NCBI GenBank assembly: GCA_963805045.1 | Contig: CAWDTC010000021.1 | Coordinates: 45,559 to 109,558, forward strand | From: Candidatus Aminicenantes bacterium | Lineage (GTDB): Bacteria; Acidobacteriota; Aminicenantia; Aminicenantales; Saccharicenantaceae | Direction: 5' to 3' | Length of the DNA: 64,000 bases | Shown here: positions 54,535 to 62,998 of the stretch, one piece after another | Layout: each line of letters starts with the position of its first letter | Numbering within the stretch: position 1 is the first letter of the stretch | Program-made: the position numbers and the translations under genes | The notes under the pieces: model-generated | Databases searched by the model: none | What the model saw: only the letters and a program-made list of their open reading frames with translations | Told to the model about the DNA's origin: nothing

Positions 54535-57500
54535 ATGGACAAATCCGTCGAGAACCTGCTCTACGCTCTCAAAGAGCGGGCCAAAGAGCTGAACTGTCTT
54601 TATGAAGTCGAAGGGCTCTTCAACAAGCCTGATGCGTCCCTAACGGCGATTCTGGAGGGAATCGTCCGTGCCATTCCGGCAGGATGGCAGTATCCGGACG
54701 TCTGCCAGGCAAGAATCACCTACGGCGATCACTCGTTTCAGTCGCCGAACTTCAAAGAGACACCGTGGGTTCAAAGCGCCAATATCACCGTCCAGGACGA
54801 AGTCGTCGGAAAAATAAGCGTCTATTATACCGAAGAGAGACCCCGCCGACGAAGGCCCGTTCTTGAGGGAAGAACGTAAGCTCATCGAGACCATTGCCGA
54901 CCGCCTCGAACGCCGAATCTTCTTCGAGAGATCAAGGTCGTCTTCGAAAAGCAAACGGTTGGCAAGGAACGCGCGGTCAATGTTGGGTCGTCCTCGACCT
55001 GTTGAGAAGGACGGACTTGAAGCTCTTAACGCACGTGACCAGAAAGATGCTCAACTATCTGTCATGGTCCGGGATCGCGGAAGCCAACACGCTGTTGGAG
55101 AAGATCAGCCCCGCCTCGATGACGGATCAAGATGACGTTCTTCAGGGCATGAATCGGCCATCGCTGTCAGAGGCCGCCAACGACTCTGACGAATCTACGA
55201 TGATATTTTCAGGATGGCGAACAGGTACTTGGGCGAGAAGGAAGTCTTGAACAGCATTCAGAAGTGGATCATGGAGGATCGCTCCAATTTTCTCGTCAAG
55301 GTCCTCGAGGATCCCGGTTCAACCCTGGCGCAGATCACCAATGCCATCGAGCGATTTCATCACCTGATCCCTCATGGCCTGAACCTGCCCTCCCCGAGGG
55401 AAAAGGGCTTCCGCGTCTCGCTCATTCGAAAGCTCCTCAACGACGATCTGCACTTCATCAATGTCGCGAAGAAGTATCTTGAGGTCGACGATTTCCATGA
55501 TCTGTTGCACCATATCATCTTCCCGGCGGAGTCAGGGAAGACTCGGCGGCAAGGGCTCGGGCCTGTTTCTGGCGTCCCAGATCTTAAAAAAGTCTACAAT
55601 GGACAATGAACCCTCCGCAAGATCAAAACCCCGAAGACCTGGTATCTCACCTCCGACGGCATCATGAATTTCATCAGCCATAACGACCTCGAAGAGATCG
55701 TGGAACAGAAGTACGAGGATATTGACGCGGGTACGGCAGGAATATCCGTATGTCGTCCATGTTTTCAAGAATTCCTCCCTGCCGCCGAAATCGTCAATGC
55801 GCTCTCGGTCGCGCTTGACGATCTCGGCGAGCGTCCTCTCATCGTCAGGAGCTCGAGCCTCCTGGAGGACCGCATCGGAACATCGTTCGCCGGCAAATAC
55901 AAGAGCTTGTTCATCGCCAACCAGGGCAAAAACGGGAGAGGTTGCCGCGCTCATGGACGCCATTGCGGAAGTGTACGCATCGATCTTCAGCCCTGATCCC
56001 ATCGAGTACCGGATTGAGCACGGCATGATCGATTTCAACGAGGAAATGGGCATCCTCATCCAGGAAGTCGTCGGGAAAAAAGTCGGCCATTATTTCATGC
56101 CGGCCTTTGCCGGAGTCGCCTTCTCTCGCAATGAATTCCGTTGGTCGCAGCGCATCCGAAGAGAAGATGGACTGGTGCGAATGGTGCCGGGATTGGGAAC
56201 GCGCGCCGTCGATCGGTTCAGCGATGACTATCCGATTCTGGTCGCCCCGGGGCAGCCGAACCTCCGCGTAAATGTCACCATCGATGAAAAAATACACTAC
56301 TCGCCGAAGAAGATCGATGTCATCAATTTCAGAGACGAATTCATTCGAGACCATCGAAATCCGAGAGCTTCTCAAGATGTACGGAGACGAATATCCGTTG
56401 ATCCACCAGATCGGCTCCGTCTTTCGGAATGACCGGCTGGACCCGCTCGGACCACTAGGGACTGATTTCGAGAAGAGCCGTCGTCCTGACATTCGACGGC
56501 CTCATCAACAACACGCCGTTCATGGAGCAAATTCGCTCCATTCTCAAGGTTCTCGAAACCGAGCTGGGCAACTCCCGTTGATATCGAATTCGCCCATGAC
56601 GGGACAAATCTGCATCTGCTGCAGTGCCGGCCGCAAAGTCACGCCAAAGCCTCTCAGCCGCCCGCAATTCCGAGGGACGTTCCGAAAGACAGAATCCTTT
56701 TCACGGCCAACCGGTATGTCACGAATGGGACCGTTTCGGGCATCACCCACATCGTTTACATCGATCCGCAAAGATACGGAGAACTGACGAACCGGGCCGA
56801 TCTCCTGGCCGTGGGCCGGGCCGTGAGCAAGCTGAATCAAATCCTGCCGAAACGCCAGTTCATTCTCATGGGGCCCGGCCGCTGGGGCAGTCGAGGAGAT
56901 ATCAAACTTGGCGTGAGCGTTTCCTATTCGGATATCAACAATACGGCGATGATCATCGAAATCGCCCGGAAACAGAAAGACTACGTGCCCGAGCTCTCCT
57001 TCGGCACGCATTTCTTCCAGGACTTGGTTGAGGGCTCGATCCGTTACCTTCCCCTTTACCCGGATGACAGGGGAGTCGTGTTCAATGAGGAATTTCTTGC
57101 GAAATCAAAAAACATTCTGCCCGACCTTCTCCCGGAATATTCTTCTCTTTCCGACACCATTCGCGTGATCGAGCTGGCGGACTCTGCGGACGGTCAGGTC
57201 TTCCAGGTCCTCATGAACGGCGAGAGAGATGAGGCGGTCGCCATCTTGGGGAAATCCTCGGCGGAGACGACCATGGCCGCCGAAAAACCCCGGGAGAGGA
57301 ACCCCAAGAAAAGAGAGACGACGCTCACTGGCGATGGCGCCTCAGCAGCGTCGAACATATTGCGGCCAGGATGGACGCTCAGCGGTTCGGCGTGAAGGCC
57401 TTCTATATCTTCGGGAGCACCAAAAACGCGACGGCGGGCCCTGAAAGCGATATCGACATCCTGATCCATTTCAACGGGACGGACACACAAAGGAAGGATC

Positions 57501-57865
57501 TGATGAGCTGGCTCGAAGGATGGAGCCTTTCTTTGAGTGAGGCCAATTACCTGCGGACCGGGCACAAAACGGACGGGTTGCTCGATATCCATATCGTGAC
57601 GGATGAGGATATCCAGAGCAGGACCAGCTTTGCGACCAAGATCGGCGCCATCACGGACGCCCCCAGGTCGCTGCCGATGGGCAAGGACTTAAAAGAGCCG
57701 TCCGCGGGTCAGATAAGCTCTCTCGTCGAGGCTTCCAAGTCATCGAGCCTGAAGCGGACCAGCGCCAGTTCCGGGCCGTCGTGCGCGGCGGAAAAGAGAT
57801 GGGTCCGGCCGATCTTGTCTTTCCAGGAACCGGTGATCCGAGCCGATTCGTGGACGTGTCCGTGA
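54535..57865 (+). CDS. Large multidomain protein with an N-terminal KELNCLY-type sensor-like module, a PPDK_N ATP-grasp domain (paralogue 2) and a C-terminal minimal nucleotidyltransferase domain. It has at least 7 frame breaks. The fusion of the last domain and the 3' end are uncertain.
   Basis: LKERAKELNCLYEVEGLF..GWQYPDVCQARI..DEGPFLREERKLIETIADRLE; GKLGGKGSGLFLA; LIVRSSSLLEDRIGTSFAGKYKS; MGILIQEVVG; DIEFAHDG..LLQCRP; ILMGPGRWGSRGD..SFGTHFFQDL; then KAFYIFGSTKNATAGPESDIDILIHF. The listed stop at 57865 would overlap the convergent gene by 157 nt. Confidence 0.65.
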
Positions 57866-58674
57866 AGAGTCAAGAGCGGTCGATATGTTTCAATGAACCG
57901 TCGAACGCCAATGCTCCCGACGTGGAGATCCAGCGGCACATGATCGACCATCTGGCCGTCCAAGGCGGCCCGGTCGAGGTTGGTTTGATACGGGGGGCTG
58001 TGAAAGAGGAAGATCGCGCGAGAGAGATCGCCCCGTCCGACGAGGTGGTCAAGATCAGCCTTGATGGTGGCCTTTCTCAGGTCGGAATCCGGGACCGGGA
58101 CCGAGCGCGTTCCCTCTTCCGGGCTGATGCAGTCCGGGTCGACATATCGCGAGACATCATAACGTTCCCAGTCTTTCAAGCTGAACGGCGTGGGCGGGAC
58201 GCAGGCATAGCCGAAAACCGAGAATTCCGACAGCCGGACCCGGCGATGATGGATATATTCCCATAGGCCCCGCCGGCTTCCGGCCAGGATCGCCGCTTCC
58301 TCGGAGCGCGGGTCGTCGTTTCCCAGGATCAGAAAGACCCTGGGATAGTCCTTCCCGAGCGCCTTCTTCAATCGCGCGAATCTCGGCGCCAAGAAGTCCT
58401 TGACAAAATCGGGGAAAGCCTCATGCGTCGATGAGAGCGCGAGCAGATAGGATGGGAGGAGATCCCCTCCGAGGAACACCGCCCTCGGGCGCTCCTGTCT
58501 GATCGCCTGAAAAAGCTTCTCGTAACGATCGATGCGTCCGTGCAGGTCGGAGGCAAAGAAGCACGTCGATGGGTCAGAGGACCGATCGCCGGAGATCCTG
58601 TCGGAACCTCTTTTTCGCATGGAAGCATACTCGCCCGGGCCGCCGCCGGAGCCAATCGCCCGTGGCGAGTCCAT
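57709..58674 (-). CDS. Calcineurin-like metallophosphoesterase
   Basis: Intact ORF; the start may be MRKRG at 58620. It has FFASDLHG, FLGGDLL, ILGNDD, LFHSPP and TLHGHVHE metal-binding blocks. Confidence 0.8.
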   Translation of the reverse strand: MDSPRAIGSGGGPGEYASMRKRGSDRISGDRSSDPSTCFFASDLHGRIDRYEKLFQAIRQERPRAVFLGGDLLPSYLLALSSTHEAFPDFVKDFLAPRFARLKKALGKDYPRVFLILGNDDPRSEEAAILAGSRRGLWEYIHHRRVRLSEFSVFGYACVPPTPFSLKDWERYDVSRYVDPDCISPEEGTRSVPVPDSDLRKATIKADLDHLVGRGDLSRAIFLFHSPPYQTNLDRAALDGQMVDHVPLDLHVGSIGVRRFIETYRPLLTLHGHVHESARITGSWKDKIGRTHLFSAAHDGPELALVRFRLDDLEASTRELI

Positions 58675-58804
58675 TATAACTCAATCCCCGTGACGGAGGG
58701 CCCGTACCCCTTCTCCCATGCCGCGGCCTGCCCCCTCTCCTGCCCGGAAACGGCCTTGCGACGCCCCGGGCATTCTCGGGACAGGGCTTCGGAAAACTAA
58801 GACG

Positions 58805-58880
58805 TGGCGCCCCCGACGGGATTCGGACCCGTGTTGCCGCCTTGAAAGGGCGATGTCCTAGGCCTCTAGACGACAGGGGC
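58805..58880 (-). tRNA. tRNA-Glu (anticodon TTC), CCA encoded, with an atypical T-loop
   Basis: The reverse complement GCCCCTGTCGTCTAGAGGCCTAGGACATCGCCCTTTCAAGGCGGCAACACGGGTCCGAATCCCGTCGGGGGCGCCA aligns along its length with a canonical bacterial tRNA-Glu. The T-loop reads TCCGAAT instead of TTCGAAT. Confidence 0.85.
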
Positions 58881-58900
58881 GGAAGAGGAGAATGAGCCGT
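58879..58900 (+). repeat. Right copy of the exact 22-bp direct repeat GCGGAAGAGGAGAATGAGCCGT
   Basis: It spans the first 2 nt of tRNA-Glu, the 12-nt spacer and the last 8 nt of tRNA-Lys. It is identical to 42417-42438. Confidence 0.95.
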
Positions 58901-58964
58901 GCTGGACTCGAACCAGCGACACCCGGCTTAAAAGGCCGGTGCTCTCCCTCTGAGCTAACGGCCC
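58893..58964 (-). tRNA. tRNA-Lys (anticodon TTT), CCA not encoded
   Basis: Acceptor GGGCCGT/ACGGCTC (one G-U pair), anticodon loop CTTTTAA, T arm GCTGG-TTCGAGT-CCAGC, 72 nt. Confidence 0.88.
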
Positions 58965-58977
58965 GGAAAAGCGTTCT

Positions 58978-59005
58978 ATTATACCGAACAGGGACAAGGA
59001 ATCAA
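58978..59005 (-). promoter_or_regulatory. Sigma-70-type promoter of the tRNA-Lys/tRNA-Glu pair
   Basis: Minus strand reads TTGATT, a 16-nt spacer, then TATAAT, ending 13 nt upstream of the tRNA-Lys 5' end. Confidence 0.5.
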
Positions 59006-59036
59006 CATGTCGCGAGGACGCCGTCCCCCCGCGGCC

Positions 59037-59726
59037 TCAGGCGACCGGCTCGAACCGGATGATGACCCACCGGCTCGGCAGCTTCTGCCCCGCGTCGGTC
59101 TTGACGTCGTACATCCGCATCGGCAGCTTGTAGTTCTTGACCGCGCCCTGCTTGGTCTTGATCTTGACCACGACGTCCTTGGAGTGGACGTTGCCGCTCA
59201 GGTCGCGGACACCGGCCAGCTCGCGGAGACCGAGCGAGAACAGCGTGATCTGTTCCTCCATCGAGGCGGCGTTCTTGGCGTCCGTGTAGGCCTTCTTGAA
59301 CTCCTTCATCTTGCCGTACTCTTCGTCGTACTTGGCCTGGGTCTCGTCGACCTTCTTCTTGGCGATGGCCTTGGCCCCGGCCGTCCGGGCCAGGTCGAGC
59401 TCATCCTTGGCGTTGGCGAGGGCCGCGTCGGCGTCCATGGTCGGGCCGATCTGGCCGTCCTGGGCCTTCTTGGCCTCCATTTCCTTCTTGTTCAGGTCGG
59501 AGAGGGTGACGGGATCGGTCTTTTCCGGGCTGACGCTGACGATCTCCCAGGACGCGACTTCCCACTGGGCCGGCTCGAGGGCCATGGAGGCCATGGTTGA
59601 GTTGTCGTTCATCGTGACGGCGTTGAAATAACGGGACAGGAGCCCCTGTTCAGGGTTTGACGTGCAGCTTTGGACCGCGAAAAAGGCGATCAAGATCCCG
59701 AGAACGACGAGTGTCTGTTTTCTCAT
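59037..59726 (-). CDS. Lipoprotein, hypothetical
   Basis: ATG at 59726 after GAAGGAGG. MRKQTLVVLGILIAFFAVQSC lipobox, with a charged coiled-coil middle. Confidence 0.6.
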   Translation of the reverse strand: MRKQTLVVLGILIAFFAVQSCTSNPEQGLLSRYFNAVTMNDNSTMASMALEPAQWEVASWEIVSVSPEKTDPVTLSDLNKKEMEAKKAQDGQIGPTMDADAALANAKDELDLARTAGAKAIAKKKVDETQAKYDEEYGKMKEFKKAYTDAKNAASMEEQITLFSLGLRELAGVRDLSGNVHSKDVVVKIKTKQGAVKNYKLPMRMYDVKTDAGQKLPSRWVIIRFEPVA

Positions 59727-59923
59727 GAAGCCTCCTTCTTCGAGTATTCTCCGCAATATTCCTGGCCCCATCTTAACCTCATTCGGGAGGAAAAAGCAAG
59801 CCCTAAAATGCCGGTTGGAGGCCGGCCCGCCCTCAGGCGCCGCCTCGTCCGCCCCCTCCGCGGAGGCTTTGTTTGCCGCCCCGATTGTGCTAGACTACTA
59901 CGTTCATCCGTGGGGGTAGAATC

Positions 59924-61734
59924 ATGGACCACTTCAAAGACATCATCGCCAGGCACAAGAAGGACCCGGGACGCCTCCTGGACATCCTCGCCGACATCCA
60001 GGCCCGGGACGGCCGCGTCCCCGAAACGGCCGTGGCCGAGGTCGCCGGGGCCCTCAAGCTCTCCGAGGCCGACGTCCGCGGCGTCGTCACGTTCTATCAC
60101 TTCTTCTCGCTCGCTTCGCGTGGACGCGCGGCCGTCTATCTGAACGACTCCATCACCTCGCGGATGAACGGCCGGACCGCCGTGGCCCGGGCCTTCGAGG
60201 AGGAGGCCGGCTGCCGCTTCGGCGAGGTCTCCGCCGACGGCCTCGTCGGGCTCTTCCCGACGTCCTGCATCGGCATGAACGACCAGGAGCCCTCGGCCAT
60301 CGTCGGCGGTGTCGTCTTCACCTGCTCTGACTCCCGACAAGGCCCGGGCCATCGTCCGCGGCCTGCGGGCGGGCACACCCGCCCAAAGCCTCGTCGGGAC
60401 CTACGGCGACGGCGCCAATCAGTCCGAGCTCGTCCGGGCCATGGTCTCGAACAACATCCGGAAGCGAGGGCCGGTCCTCTTCGGCCCGTTCGAATCCGGG
60501 TCCGCCGTCAAGGCGGCCCTCTCGATGCAGCCCGACATGGTCATCGACGAGATCAAGCGTTCGGGCCTCCTCGGCCGCGGCGGCGCGGGCTTCCCGACCG
60601 GCCTCAAGTGGGAGTTCTGCCGGAAGGAAAAAGGCGATCGCCACTACGTCGTCTGCAACGCCGACGAGGGCGAGCCCGGGACCTTCAAGGACCGGGTCAT
60701 CCTGACCGAGCTGCCGCGCCTCCTCTTCGAGGGCATGGCCGTCGCCGGCTACGCCGTCGGCGCCCGCGAAGGGATCCTCTACCTCCGGGCCGAGTATTCC
60801 TACCTCAAGCCCTATCTCGAGTCGGTCCTCGAGGCCCTCCGCCGCGAACACGTCCTGGGCAGGAAGGTCGCCGGCTCGGCCGGCTTCGACTTCGACATCG
60901 CCATCAAGTCGGGCGCCGGCGCCTACGTCTGCGGCGAGGAATCGGCCCTCCTGGAATCGGCCGAGGGACAGAGGGGAGAGCCGCGCGACAGGCCGCCGTT
61001 CCCTGTCCAGTTTGGCTATCTCGGCCAGCCGACGACCGTCAACAACGTCGAGACGCTGGCCGCGGCCGCGCAGATCCTGGTCCACGGCGCCGCCTGGTTC
61101 ACATCCTTCGGAATTGCCGAAATCGGCCGGCACGAAGCTCCTCAGCGTCTCCGGCGACTGCGCCGCTCCGGGCGTCTACGAGGTTGAGTTCGGCCTGACC
61201 GTCCAGGAGCTCTTGGACATGGCCGGGGCCAAGGACGTCCGGGCGGTCCAGGTCGGCGGGCCCTCCGGGACGTGCCTCTCGAGGTCCGGCTTCGGCCGGA
61301 GGATCAGCTTCACGGACCTGGCGACGGGCGGCTCCGTCATCGTCTTCGGACGGGACCGGGACATCTTCGAGGTCGTCGAGAACTTCATGGAGTTCTTCGT
61401 CGAGGAATCCTGCGGCTGGTGCACGCCCTGCCGGGCGGGGAACGTCCTCCTCAAGAGAAAGTTCGAAAAGGTCGTCGCCGGCCGGGGTGCCGTCCAGGAC
61501 CTCAAGGACCTCGAGGACTGGGGGAAGCTCGTCAAGGCCACCAGCCGCTGCGGCCTCGGCCAGACCTCGCCCAACCCCATTCTGACGACGCTCCAGAACT
61601 TCCGCGAGCTCTACGAGGTGAAGATCCAGCAGGGAGTGGATTTCGTCCCCGATTTCGACCTCCGGACCGCGCTCCAGGACGGCTGCACCGCTGCCAACCG
61701 GCAGCCCGAGTGCAAGGAGTCCCTCCATGACTGA
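59924..61734 (+). CDS. hoxF: HoxF-type diaphorase subunit (NuoE-like N-terminal domain fused to a NuoF-like FMN/NAD/[4Fe-4S] domain), with two frame breaks near 60320 and 61110
   Basis: Pieces 59924-.., 60309-61187 (LLGRGGAGFPTGLKW, VCNADEGEPGTF) and 61012-61734 (ESCGWCTPCR, CGLGQTSPNP). The NuoE-like part reads YLNDSITSRMNG and SCIGMNDQEP, so most [2Fe-2S] cysteines are replaced. Confidence 0.8.
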
Positions 61735-62432
61735 GATCCGCTTCACCATCGACGGCAAGGAGTGCCTGGCCAAGCCGGGCCAGACCATCGTCGAGGCCGC
61801 CAAGGCCAACGGCGTCTACATCCCCGTCCTCTGCCACTACGAGGGGCTCAAGCCCGTCGGCAGCTGCCGCGTCTGCACGGTCCGCGTCGGCGGGCGGTAC
61901 ATGGCCGCCTGCACCCAGCCTGTGACCGAGGGCATGGCCGTCGAGAACACGGCCCCGGACCTCGAGGACATGCGCCGCGCCCTCATCGAGATGCTCTTCG
62001 TCGAGGGCAACCACATGTGCCCGACCTGCGAGAAGAGCGGCAACTGCGAGCTCCAGGCCCTGGCCTACCGCTACCGGATCATGGCCCCGCGCTTCCCTTA
62101 CCTGTTCCCCGTCCGAGAGCTCGACGCCTCGAGCCCGAAGATCATGCTCGAGCGCAACCGCTGCATCCAGTGCCTCCGCTGCGTCCGGGGCGTCCGGGCC
62201 AAGGACGGGCGGAAGGTCTTCGCCGCCCAGGACCGGACCGGCCGGGTGACGATCGAGGCGGACCGCGACCTCGCCGCCCGCCTCACCGATGCGGAGGCCC
62301 GCCGGGCCATGGATCGTCTGCCCCGTCGGCGCCATCCTGAAGAAGGAGGTCGGCTTCGCCGTGCCCATCGGGAAGCGCAAGTTCGATACGAAGCCCATCG
62401 GCAGCGACATCGAGGAAGGGCCCGCGAGGTGA
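61727..62432 (+). CDS. hoxU: HoxU-type Fe-S subunit (NuoG N-terminal-like), with one frame break near 62310
   Basis: MTEIRFTIDGKECLA..CRVCTVRVGG..CPTCEKSGNCELQ..CIQCLRCVR. After correction it reads CPVGAILKKE..GSDIEEGPAR with a stop at 62430-62432. Confidence 0.8.
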
Positions 62433-62436
62433 GATC

Positions 62437-62983
62437 ATGAGCAAGCCCATCATCGCCACCGCCTCCCTGGCCGGCTGCTTCGGCTGCCACATGTCGTTCC
62501 TCGACATCGACGACCGCATCCTCCAGCTCATCGAGCTCGTGGAGTTCGACAAGTCGCCCATCGACGACATCAAGAAGTTCACCCAGCCCGTGCGACATCG
62601 GCCTCATCGAGGGCGGCTGCTGCAACAGCGAGAACGTCCACGTCCTGCGGTCCTTCCGCAAGAACTGCCGACCCTGGTCTCGGTCGGCGAGTGCGCGATC
62701 ATGGGCGGGCTGCCCGCCCTGCGCAACGGCATCCCGCTCAAGGAGTGCCTGGACGAGGCCTACCTGAACGGCCCGACCGTGGACCCGGACGGACCGGCTC
62801 ATCCCGAACGACGCGGAGCTGCCGCTCATCCTGGACAGGGTCTATCCCTGCCACGAGATCGTCAAGATCGACACTTCCTCCCGGGCTGCCCGCCGTCGGC
62901 CGACCTCATCTGGGAGGCGCTGACGGCGCTCCTCCAGGGCCGGCCCCTGAACCTGCCTTACGAACCTCGTCAAGTACGACTGA
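62437..62983 (+). CDS. hoxY: [NiFe] hydrogenase small subunit, group 3 (HoxY-type), with at least 3 frame breaks
   Basis: MSKPIIATASLAGCFGCHMSFLDID..; shifted pieces IEGGCCNSENVHVL, VGECAIMGGLPALRN and YFLPGCPPSADLIWEAL. The stop is at 62981-62983. Confidence 0.8.
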
Positions 62984-62998
62984 AGGGTGAACAGACGC

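Noticed and set aside
42439-58878. Integrase, excisionase or recombinase gene expected next to a tRNA-anchored att repeat.
   Set aside because: None of the six-frame translations in the block shows tyrosine-recombinase (R..HxxR..Y) or serine-recombinase signatures. The only mobile-DNA trace is the IS3 relic. The element hypothesis is therefore kept as a finding but not annotated as a mobile element.
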